Positions 1 to 7,643 of a stretch of 64,000 nt of DNA are shown piece after piece. The first letter of the stretch is position 1. Every line of letters begins with the position of its first letter. The translations under genes and the position numbers were made by a program. The stretch spans positions 1,402 through 65,401 of the forward strand of contig CAJWQP010000004.1 of assembly GCA_913045445.1 (NCBI GenBank), written 5' to 3'. The notes below the pieces were generated by a model, which saw only the letters and a program-made list of their open reading frames with translations, was not told the DNA's origin and ran no database searches. This stretch comes from an uncultured Nitrospina sp. GTDB taxonomy: Bacteria; Nitrospinota; Nitrospinia; Nitrospinales; VA-1.

Positions 1-1073
1 GAAGTTCCAAGCGCTTTCTGAAAGGTCACCCTCTTCAGAGGCTCCACGAAATCTTCCAGTTTTTTTTTGCGGTCTTCATCGAAAAAGAATCGTGCATCTT
101 CCAGCCGGGCTCTCAGGACTCGTTCATTTCCGTGTTGGATTTCTTTACCAGTTCCCGGTTTCATATTACTTATGGTGATGAAGTGAGGCAACAGGTTGCC
201 TTGCGGGTCGACCACGGGGAAATATTTCTGGTGATACTTCATCGTGATAATGAGTAACTCACGAGGTAGCTCGAGAAACCTCTCTTCAAAATTCCCTAGA
301 ATTGCAAAAGGAAATTCGACCAGATAGTTAACTTCCTCAAGCAAGTCGGGGTCAAGTTCCACCTTGCCACCTGCTTCTTTAGCCAGCTTGGTTATCTGGT
401 CGATGATGGTCTGTTTTCTTTCCGATGGGTCCACCAGAAGAAAATGTTTTTTGCATGAATCAAGGTAATGGGTCATTCCGCTTACCTTGAAAGATTCAGC
501 ACTCAGAAATCGATGTCCATGCGAAACATCGACACAGGAGATTCCTTCATAATTGAAGTTCAGAAGTTTATTATCAAACAATGCGGCGATCCAGTGGAGA
601 GGTCTCACGAAGGAAGTTTTTCGGTTTCCCCAGCGCATCTTTTTGGGAAAGGGTATGTTTCCTATCAAACCGGGAAGAAAGTGGTTAAGGATATCTGCAG
701 TTGGTTGGCCTGTTTTTTCAATCCGGGCACAAACCACATCTCCCTTGGGGGTTTTTTCTACAGTGAGCAGGGAAACATCTATGCCTTTTCCACGGGCAAA
801 TCCCAAAGCCGCCTTGGTGGGTTTTCCTTCCTCATCGAAAGCTACTTTTGTGTTGGGTCCAAAATGGGTCTCTATAACATCATTTTGCTGGTCATCAACC
901 CCATCGAAAGAAACTACAAGTCGTCGGGGTGTTCCCATGACTCGGGATTCACCCGTCTGAATCCGGTTTTTCTCAAAAAAAGCGGACATCTCATTTTTTA
1001 AATAATCGAGAGCAGGACCCATGAAACGTGATGGGATTTCCTCGGTACCAATCTCTAAAAATAGTTCTGCCAT
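1..1073 (-). CDS. glyS: glycine--tRNA ligase beta subunit (N-terminal part; gene runs off the window start)
   Basis: Absent from the ORF track because no stop lies inside the window. The reverse complement from ATG (1073-1071) reads MAELFLEIGTEEIPSRFMGPALDYL...FPKKMRWGNRKTSFVRPLHWIAALFD...ITMKYHQKYFPV, a typical GlyS N-terminus. It lies directly downstream of glyQ on the same strand. Confidence 0.9.
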   Translation of the reverse strand, partial: MAELFLEIGTEEIPSRFMGPALDYLKNEMSAFFEKNRIQTGESRVMGTPRRLVVSFDGVDDQQNDVIETHFGPNTKVAFDEEGKPTKAALGFARGKGIDVSLLTVEKTPKGDVVCARIEKTGQPTADILNHFLPGLIGNIPFPKKMRWGNRKTSFVRPLHWIAALFDNKLLNFNYEGISCVDVSHGHRFLSAESFKVSGMTHYLDSCKKHFLLVDPSERKQTIIDQITKLAKEAGGKVELDPDLLEEVNYLVEFPFAILGNFEERFLELPRELLIITMKYHQKYFPVVDPQGNLLPHFITISNMKPGTGKEIQHGNERVLRARLEDARFFFDEDRKKKLEDFVEPLKRVTFQKALGT

Positions 1074-1262
1074 GAGGTGGATGTTAATCTGTTGACGAAA
1101 AAACCGGCCCGGCCCGGACACAGTTTGGGATGTCTTGGCCTACAAACTCAAAGGGTTGATGATAGTTGAAGTGGGCCAATTATCAAGCAAAAAAAGCGCG
1201 GGAACAACTTTTGGTGTGGGGAGGAGCTACGGAGGAAACGGTTTGACCGGTGGGGGGGCAGG

Positions 1263-2141
1263 TCAGACAGGTGATTTTTTTAGCAAGGGATAATCCATTG
1301 CCTCACGTTGCCGTACGTATTCTTCAGCGCAGAGGCGGGCGAGTTTTCGGACTCTTCCTATGTACCCAGTGCGTTCCGTGACACTTATGGCTCCCCTGGC
1401 ATCCAATTGATTGAACGCGTGAGAGCATTTCAAGGTGAAGTCATACGCGGGTAAGACCAGATTTTTTTCAAGCAGTTCAGAGGCTTCGGTTTCATACATT
1501 TCGAACCATTTAAGGAAGCGGTCTTTATCTGCCGCTTCAAAATTGAAACGGGAAAACTGTTTCTCCATTTCCAAGTGAACGTCACCATAGTTGACCGTAT
1601 CGTTCCATTGCAGGTCATACACGTTATCAATATTTTGCAGGTACATGGAAATACGTTCCAGGCCGTAAGTCAACTCCACCGTTACCGGTGAAAGGTCGAT
1701 TCCCCCCACCTGTTGGAAATAAGTAAACTGGGTGATTTCCATTCCATCCAGCCACACCTCCCAGCCCAAACCCCAGGCGCCAAGCGTTGGGGATTCCCAA
1801 TCGTCTTCCACGAATCGAATATCATGTTTCATCGGGTCAATTCCGAGAGCAACCAGACTGTCCAGATAAAGCTTTTGCGCTTCATCGGGAGAAGGTTTGA
1901 GGATCACCTGAAACTGATAATAATGTTGCAGGCGATTGGGGTTTTCACCATATCGACCGTCTGTGGGGCGGCGGGAAGGTTCTACATAGGCGGCACTATA
2001 GGGCTCAGGTCCGAGCACACGAAAAAAAGTGGCAGGATTAAATGTTCCCGCTCCAACTTCGATATCGTAAGGCTGGTGCAGAACGCAACCACGCGATGCC
2101 CAGTAGTTCTGCAATGAGATAATTACATCTTGAAATTTCAT
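1263..2141 (-). CDS. glyQ: glycine--tRNA ligase alpha subunit
   Basis: The translation contains [24 protein letters not shown] and [29 protein letters not shown], which are near identical to E. coli GlyQ motifs. The ORF is open to a GTG at 2207. The ATG at 2141 ([19 protein letters not shown]) aligns with the usual GlyQ N-terminus. Confidence 0.95.
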   Translation of the reverse strand: MKFQDVIISLQNYWASRGCVLHQPYDIEVGAGTFNPATFFRVLGPEPYSAAYVEPSRRPTDGRYGENPNRLQHYYQFQVILKPSPDEAQKLYLDSLVALGIDPMKHDIRFVEDDWESPTLGAWGLGWEVWLDGMEITQFTYFQQVGGIDLSPVTVELTYGLERISMYLQNIDNVYDLQWNDTVNYGDVHLEMEKQFSRFNFEAADKDRFLKWFEMYETEASELLEKNLVLPAYDFTLKCSHAFNQLDARGAISVTERTGYIGRVRKLARLCAEEYVRQREAMDYPLLKKSPV

Positions 2142-2203
2142 GATTGCCTGTCTATCAAACGCATTGTTAAAAGTCAACTCTGCTTTCTGGTTAGAAGCTT
2201 GAC

Positions 2204-2791
2204 TCACCTGAGATCATCGAATCCGCGTCTCACTTCCTCTATTTTTGCCCGGTATCCTGAGGCATCGCCATAATCGAAAAAATTTTTGTATCGGCTGTGG
2301 ATGGACTTTGTTTTTCGGGCGTGTTTGATTGGGCACCAATACTGCTCGGCACGTCCGGCTATTTCACGAGTGTACCCCATTATCCCGTTAAAATATGCGC
2401 AGTAAACGCAGTTCATTCGCTCAATGACATTGAGGTAACTCAAGTATTGTCGGTCTATCACCACATAGTCGCTCCTGCGAACTTTTGGAATGCCGTACAC
2501 GGGAAAACAAATTGCCTGAAATATTGAGATCACCAGATCCATAAACAGGGCGGGCAACAGGCAGAACCAGATTACAGGCGCTGTCAGAATATTTTGAATA
2601 GAAGCATCACGTAAGTAAGGGCCTATTTTTTTGGTCAGTTCACGATGAGCCTTCTTTACTTCCTGCTCGAAACGGACTTTTTTCTTATGGATCTGGTAAA
2701 AGAACTCCTGTTCCTTTTTCTGGATTTCGTGCAAAATTTCACTTTCCAGATGCTGTAATTTATTCATGAGTTCGATCAGCCTGTCATCCAT
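2204..2791 (-). CDS. uncharacterised membrane protein with coiled-coil N-terminus, one hydrophobic segment and a Cys-containing C-terminal domain
   Basis: 195-aa ORF. It has a charged helical N-terminus and a TM-like stretch ([29 protein letters not shown]). These are followed by [11 protein letters not shown]...YWCPIKHA. It abuts glyQ on the same strand. I do not recognise a named family. Confidence 0.6.
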   Translation of the reverse strand: MDDRLIELMNKLQHLESEILHEIQKKEQEFFYQIHKKKVRFEQEVKKAHRELTKKIGPYLRDASIQNILTAPVIWFCLLPALFMDLVISIFQAICFPVYGIPKVRRSDYVVIDRQYLSYLNVIERMNCVYCAYFNGIMGYTREIAGRAEQYWCPIKHARKTKSIHSRYKNFFDYGDASGYRAKIEEVRRGFDDLR

Positions 2792-2938
2792 AATTATTTC
2801 CTTCCCTGAGGTGAATGGGGTGTGGCAGGAGCTACGCGATATTTATACTTGTAACCTTTATTACCTGACAAGGAAACTTTCAGGTTTTTCTGATAAACTA
2901 CGAATCACGCAACCTCTTTTACAGTATGGAACCGGATT

Positions 2939-3310
2939 ATGCATGTTGTTCATTGTACCGCGCCACTGGAAGATGTTTTACGCATTGTCGAGTATTGCCG
3001 CAACTATAATGTAAAAAATGGCGGACTGTTTGAAGTGTATCCGGATCCCGGCGAAAATCTGTTTATGATTATAGTCAATTCCTTCTCCGAAATGGACCCG
3101 GATTATGAGCTTCGCCCGCTGGGCGCTTTTTACTGCAACTACGCGGGTCCGGGAGTTATTACGATTGAGAATGACGACCCTCACTTCGATGGAGCGGAAT
3201 CACGCAGACGGCATGTCACAGCCATCAAGCAGGTGATAGATATTTTGCTTAAGGAAGGTTTTCCAGGAACGCACATCAGTTTCAACGACCTGCCAGCTTT
3301 GAAAACCTGA
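2939..3310 (+). CDS. hypothetical protein (3' end lies within a duplicated segment)
   Basis: 123-aa ORF with protein-like composition and no recognisable motif. Its last 20 codons overlap copy 1 of the 45-bp direct repeat. Confidence 0.45.
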   Translation: MHVVHCTAPLEDVLRIVEYCRNYNVKNGGLFEVYPDPGENLFMIIVNSFSEMDPDYELRPLGAFYCNYAGPGVITIENDDPHFDGAESRRRHVTAIKQVIDILLKEGFPGTHISFNDLPALKT

Positions 3311-3373
3311 GAAAGAAAATTCGACTCATTAAGGAAAGTTTTCCAGGAACGCACATCAGTTTCAACGACCTGC
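3249..3373. repeat. direct repeat, 2 x 45 bp with 1 mismatch, copies 80 bp apart
   Basis: 3249-3293 reads ttaaggaaGgttttccaggaacgcacatcagtttcaacgacctgc and 3329-3373 reads ttaaggaaAgttttccaggaacgcacatcagtttcaacgacctgc. I compared them base by base. Confidence 0.95.
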
Positions 3374-3385
3374 GCCTGGCAACAG

Positions 3386-3493
3386 TTATTGACCCTGCCG
3401 TCCCAAAGGGACCATTTCTTTCAGGTCCAGCTTCTGGTCGAGAACGCTTTTTTCTTCCTCAAGTTTCTTGAGGGTCTTCAGGATGGTGCTCAT
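3386..3493 (-). CDS. 35-codon ORF coupled to the ExeA-like gene; its N-terminus resembles GspB/ExeB, so it may be a truncated remnant
   Basis: Its ATG overlaps the upstream TGA (ATGA at 3490-3493). Translation: MSTILKTLKKLEEEKSVLDQKLDLKEMVPLGRQGQ. The I-L-x-x-L-K-K-x-E-x-E start resembles the MSxILDALKKAE start of GspB-type partners of GspA/ExeA, as I recall it. It is too short for the ORF track. Confidence 0.35.
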   Translation of the reverse strand: MSTILKTLKKLEEEKSVLDQKLDLKEMVPLGRQGQ

Positions 3494-5670
3494 GGATTAA
3501 CGAGTTTTGGCGTCTGGTAAATACTCGACAGACCATACAACATGACCCTGCTTTCTATGCCGAACCAGCCATCGTCTTTAATGTGGTATGCCCGTTGAAA
3601 TTTAGCTACCGAAAGCTGAGTGTTCGGGCCATAAGTAGGTGCTTCCAGGCCCTGGAAGAATCCGAGCAAGCGCAGATTTTTCTGTAACCAGAGGGCCGGC
3701 CTTCCTTTGAACCCAGGACCCATGCTATCTGGCAGACTTTCAAAATCCTTCCACAGGATAATTGCCTTATGCGTCCACATAGATTCGATCAACTCAAGAG
3801 GCATCTCTATATGATCGACCGATCCAAACACGCCATGGTCACCATTGATCGAAACCAGCGATAGATATTTTGTTCCTTGAGCGTCAGGCAGGGCAATTTC
3901 CAGAATGGCCGGATAATTGAAAGTAGAAAGTTTGTCGAAATTGGCGTTCAGGTCATAGGCGAGCAGGTTCTGTTCCTCGGCAATGGAATCCAGAAGCGCC
4001 GTTCCTTTACCCTGATAGGGAGTGGGGTCTATGTTCCATTTTTTCAGCATCCAGTTCATCGCTTCCCGTCGGCTTTCGGCAAGAGACAAACTCGCGAGGT
4101 AGGTCACCAGTTTATCCTGCTGGGAAATGACTAGAGGTTCCGTACTGCGGATGCGCCGGGCCTTTGGCGGAGCTACCACAAGCATTGCATCCGGAAAGAT
4201 GATTTTTTCATTGGGTGCGATCAACCCCTGTATCGCTTCTGGCGATAGAGCCGTAGCCGCAGGTAAATTTATAGCGGGCGGTTGAGGTTGCGATGAATCG
4301 GGATTATCAAGGATGGGGACGATAGGATTCTCCCGGATCATCATACTGATGTCCTTGTTGGCTTTCTTGTCCGCGTTGAAGTTCGGAAGCATGTAATGAT
4401 CGATAGCAAAAAACAGGATACCCAGCGCCGCCAATCCCGGAACAACGCTTTTCCATAGATTGTCCGTCCAACTCGAAAGCGGGGTGAGTCCACCAACATC
4501 TTTCACCGCCGGACGAACAATATTCGGAGTGATCTTCTTCGTGCTCATCGTGTAAGCGATGAGCAGAGAGCGGTCGGCGAGAACATTGATCATGCGTGGG
4601 ATGCCGTGGGAGAATTTGTAAATGGATTCCACCGCCGCACGAGTGAATCGTACCCGGCCTTTACCCAACGCCACGTTGATCCGATGCTGAATGTAACCGC
4701 GGGTTTCTTCCAGGCTAAGCGGAAGCAGTTCCCAACTAATGGTGATGCGCTGGCGAAGCTGGCGCAATTCCTTTTGTTCCAGCAATTCATCGAGTTCCGG
4801 CTGACCGATCAAAACAATCTGGATCAGTTTTTCCGTTTCCGTTTCCAGGTTTGATAATAGACGTAACTGGTCCAGCACCCTGGGCTGAAGCGCTTGCGCC
4901 TCATCGATGATGACAATCACCCGATGCCCCTTCTTTCTTTCCGCCAGGAGAAAAGTGTTGAGCGTATCGACTAGTTTCTTTTTGCTTTCTATTTCCGAAG
5001 GCAGACCGAGTTCCGCGTTGATCGTCTGCAAAAGTTCCAGTTCATTGATCGCTGGATTAAACACATAAGCGATACTAAAATCCGTTCGCAATTCCCGCAG
5101 AAAACTTCTGCAGATCGTTGTTTTGCCCGTACCCACCTCGCCAACTATTTTGAGGAATCCGTTATTTTCCTGCAGACCATAGACCAGGTGAGCCAGGACC
5201 TCCTTGTGTTTGGGGCTGAGGTAGAGATACTTCGGGTCAGGGGTCAGGTCGAAAGGTTTTTCCGAGAAACCGTAATAGTCCTGATAAACATTTTGTCGCG
5301 GCAACTTGCCACCATCAGAATCCTTGTCGCCGTGCAGAGACATCTGCATCTGGCGTCCAGCGGCCTGCACCGAGTTGGGTACGGGTTTTTCTTCCTTGTC
5401 CGTAACCGACTGATTGTACGCCGCACGTTTTTCCTCGTTAGACAGAGTGTCGTAAGCCTCCTGGACCAGAGCGATGCGTTCCTTGAGAGAAGGTTGCACC
5501 GCGTAAGAAAAGTTCTCCGCCGAAGAATCGAAACGCTGGATCATACGGTCATAAGCTTCGTTAATTTCTTTTTGTGTGGCGTCAGAACGAACACCAAGAA
5601 CCTTGTACAGGTTATGTCGTTGAACGTCAGTAGTCATAGTGGGATAGAATTTTCCAAGAAGGTTTTCCAA
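3490..5670 (-). CDS. ExeA/GspA-type AAA ATPase with N-terminal J-like domain, TM segment and C-terminal peptidoglycan-binding domain
   Basis: 726-aa ORF. The J-like segment is NLYKVLGVRSDATQKEINEAYDRMIQRFDSS...EAYDTLSNEEKRAAYNQ. The ExeA-type ATPase region is FGFSEKPFDLTPDPKYLYLSPKH...GEVGTGKTT...VIIDEAQ. A TM segment follows (VVPGLAALGILFFAI). The C-terminus is PG_binding_1-like (LWLQKNLRLLGFF...LSVAKFQRAYHIKDDGWFG). The track start is a TTG at 5670; an alternative ATG lies at 5637. Confidence 0.85.
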   Translation of the reverse strand: MENLLGKFYPTMTTDVQRHNLYKVLGVRSDATQKEINEAYDRMIQRFDSSAENFSYAVQPSLKERIALVQEAYDTLSNEEKRAAYNQSVTDKEEKPVPNSVQAAGRQMQMSLHGDKDSDGGKLPRQNVYQDYYGFSEKPFDLTPDPKYLYLSPKHKEVLAHLVYGLQENNGFLKIVGEVGTGKTTICRSFLRELRTDFSIAYVFNPAINELELLQTINAELGLPSEIESKKKLVDTLNTFLLAERKKGHRVIVIIDEAQALQPRVLDQLRLLSNLETETEKLIQIVLIGQPELDELLEQKELRQLRQRITISWELLPLSLEETRGYIQHRINVALGKGRVRFTRAAVESIYKFSHGIPRMINVLADRSLLIAYTMSTKKITPNIVRPAVKDVGGLTPLSSWTDNLWKSVVPGLAALGILFFAIDHYMLPNFNADKKANKDISMMIRENPIVPILDNPDSSQPQPPAINLPAATALSPEAIQGLIAPNEKIIFPDAMLVVAPPKARRIRSTEPLVISQQDKLVTYLASLSLAESRREAMNWMLKKWNIDPTPYQGKGTALLDSIAEEQNLLAYDLNANFDKLSTFNYPAILEIALPDAQGTKYLSLVSINGDHGVFGSVDHIEMPLELIESMWTHKAIILWKDFESLPDSMGPGFKGRPALWLQKNLRLLGFFQGLEAPTYGPNTQLSVAKFQRAYHIKDDGWFGIESRVMLYGLSSIYQTPKLVNP

Positions 5671-5769
5671 AGAGCCGTCAGGCTGAGTTTCAGAAATTCA
5701 GGAGGGGCAGGATCGCAAGTCAATGCGTCGGTAGTGAAGGGACATGGGATTCTTTCCCCGTAAGACATT

Positions 5770-5798
5770 AATATATAAAGACTTTTGCCAAATGTAAA
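5770..5798 (-). promoter_or_regulatory. candidate sigma70-type promoter for the ExeA-like gene
   Basis: The minus strand reads TTTACA (5798-5793), a 17-nt spacer, then TATATT (5775-5770). It sits about 95 nt upstream of the start codon. This is a pattern match only. Confidence 0.3.
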
Positions 5799-5847
5799 CA
5801 AAAATTCGATCAATTTTGACAGGATTAAGACCAAGGAGAATTTTTCG

Positions 5848-5870
5848 CGCAAAGACGCAAAGACGCAAAG
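5848..5870. repeat. tandem octamer CGCAAAGA x3
   Basis: The sequence cgcaaagacgcaaagacgcaaag is read directly in the yacG/ExeA-like intergenic region. Confidence 0.9.
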
Positions 5871-5956
5871 TGAGCCTAATGTGTCGTCCTGAGTTTGTCG
5901 AAGGACAGGAACCTTATGTTATATTCAAAAAAAACTAAACAAACATTTTCCAAACT

Positions 5957-6136
5957 ATGACCCAAGCAAAAACAATCCCGTGTCCCACCTGCAAAAAAGA
6001 ATCGAAGAAAGAGGAGAATTCTTTTTATCTCTTTTGCAGTGAACAATGCCAACTGATCGACCTCGGTCAATGGATGGATGGGAAATACTTAATAGAAGGA
6101 AGCGATTCTTTTTCCGAAACAGATGAAGCGGAATGA
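5957..6136 (+). CDS. yacG: DNA gyrase inhibitor YacG (zinc-finger protein)
   Basis: 59-aa ORF missed by the track. Translation: MTQAKTIPCPTCKKESKKEENSFYLFCSEQCQLIDLGQWMDGKY.... This shows the YacG pattern CPxC...F(P)FCSxxCxxIDLGxW. Confidence 0.8.
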   Translation: MTQAKTIPCPTCKKESKKEENSFYLFCSEQCQLIDLGQWMDGKYLIEGSDSFSETDEAE

Positions 6137-6144
6137 AAATCTTT

Positions 6145-6271
6145 CACCACAGAGAGCGCAGAGGACACAGAGATAAATAGTTTTCTCACCTCAACCTCCC
6201 ACGCTTCGCTCTGGGCAGGCTCTCCTCACCGAGGCCGGTACGTCCCCTTTAGAGGAAAGGGTTGGAGTGAG
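6145..6271. repeat. GC-rich intergenic element block (CACAGAG-type motif plus imperfect inverted repeat and inner hairpin)
   Basis: It starts with caccacagagagcgcagaggacacagag. Then ctcacctcaacc (6185-6196) faces ggttggagtgag (6260-6271), matching 10/12 as an inverted repeat. The inner perfect hairpin is cccttt-agagg-aaaggg (6245-6261). Confidence 0.7.
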
Positions 6272-6342
6272 GGGGTATTCAATAAATTCCTTTTGCCTTC
6301 TGTTTCCAGCTTTCAGTCCTCATCTTTGCTAGAATATTGTTC

Positions 6343-7563
6343 ATGAACATTTTCACTTTACGGTTTCGTGCCTTACTCCCGATGACAGGCGGTACGCCGA
6401 TTGAAAACGGTCAACTCATCGTCGAGCGGGGGCGCATCCGCGAAATTTATCCGGACACCAGTGCGCCTGTTGAAGGCGAGTTGATTGATCTATCGGATTG
6501 TCTTGTGCTTCCCGGATTCGTCAACGCGCATTGCCATCTCGCGCTTTCGGCTCTTAAAGGACGCATCTCCCGTCGCGACCGCTTCGCCGACTGGGCGCGC
6601 GCCACGATCGGGGAAAATGAAACGGTGAGTATGCAGAACCGCATCCTCACTATGCACGCCCAGGCTAAGGTGATGGCGCACTCGGGAGTGACGGCTCTGG
6701 TTGATTATCTACCGCAGGCGGAGCTGGCCACGGAATATGCCCTGCTTCCATTTCGCCAGACTTTGTTTCTCGAGGTCCTGGGATTCCACTCTTCCCTCGC
6801 CACGTCCATTGCGGAAAAGCTGGAGTTAGCGCTTAAACAGAAACCGGCTGGGTCCGGACCGATCCGATGGGGTCTGGCCCCGCACGCGCCTTATTCCGTT
6901 TCGCCTGAGTTGTTTCGCAAAGTAAACCGCCTGGCCGATCAATATAAATGTCCACTATCCTGTCATGTGGCAGAGTTTCCCGAAGAGCTACAACTTCTTA
7001 TGGAAGGGAGTGGTGACATGAAAGACCTTCTTCTGCAACTCGGCGTTTATGATGACGACTGGACTCCGCCCACTACCAGTCCGGCCCGCTATCTGGATTC
7101 ACTGGGGGTCCTCGATTCGCTCACCGCGATCCATTTGAATTTGGCAGACGATGACCTCAATCTCTTGAAAGCGAAAAATGTGAAAGCGGTGTTTTGTCCG
7201 CAAAGCACCCGCTGGTTTCGGCGCGAAAAGTATATGCCCGTGCGCGAATTGCTGGATCGGGGAATGGTGGTTGGATTGGGCACCGATTCGCTAGCGAGTA
7301 ACGAATCGCTGAACTTCCTGGACGAACTGCGCATGGCGGAAGAGATGTTGCCGAATGTATCGCAAGAGGAAATTCTTCGCATGGCCACACAAGGCGGGGC
7401 CGAGACGGTCGGGATGGATTGCGGGGTGATCGAACAAGGAAGGCCGGCGGACTTGATCGGATTCCGAGTGCGGGAGAATCCAACTGACTGGAACAGTGTG
7501 CCGTTTGAATCCAGCCGCACCGGGGCCGATTTCGTCATGTGGGACGGCAAAAAAGTTTTCTAA
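6343..7563 (+). CDS. amidohydrolase-superfamily protein (chlorohydrolase/deaminase type, MtaD/SsnA-like)
   Basis: LPGFVNAHCHLALSAL is the metal-binding HxH motif. Later motifs are HVAE and GLGTDSLASN. The substrate cannot be assigned from sequence alone. The track start TTG at 6337 lies two codons upstream of the ATG at 6343. Confidence 0.8.
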   Translation: MNIFTLRFRALLPMTGGTPIENGQLIVERGRIREIYPDTSAPVEGELIDLSDCLVLPGFVNAHCHLALSALKGRISRRDRFADWARATIGENETVSMQNRILTMHAQAKVMAHSGVTALVDYLPQAELATEYALLPFRQTLFLEVLGFHSSLATSIAEKLELALKQKPAGSGPIRWGLAPHAPYSVSPELFRKVNRLADQYKCPLSCHVAEFPEELQLLMEGSGDMKDLLLQLGVYDDDWTPPTTSPARYLDSLGVLDSLTAIHLNLADDDLNLLKAKNVKAVFCPQSTRWFRREKYMPVRELLDRGMVVGLGTDSLASNESLNFLDELRMAEEMLPNVSQEEILRMATQGGAETVGMDCGVIEQGRPADLIGFRVRENPTDWNSVPFESSRTGADFVMWDGKKVF

Positions 7564-7643
7564 GAAGCGCGCTCTTTTTTTTAGTAACCAGCAGCCTTAT
7601 ATTAAAGTTAGAAACGCTGACATACTGATGGAGATATTTCTTC

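Noticed and set aside
468-1001. Plus-strand ORFs of 177 aa and 135 aa (468-1001, 553-960)
   Set aside because: They lie antisense to a clear glyS reading frame whose translation matches the conserved GlyS N-terminus. Their sequences have no recognisable motifs, so they are shadow ORFs.
5848-5870. Possible CRISPR or minisatellite
   Set aside because: There are only three 8-bp tandem units with no spacers. No repeat-spacer architecture or cas genes appear anywhere in the window.
7561-7583. Intrinsic terminator after the amidohydrolase gene
   Set aside because: A T8 tract follows the palindrome agcgcgct, but no stable stem with a feasible loop can be drawn. The ctgcc-N7-ggcag stem after rplQ (41976-41992) is only 5 bp and has no clean U-tract. 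I found no convincing canonical terminator in the window.
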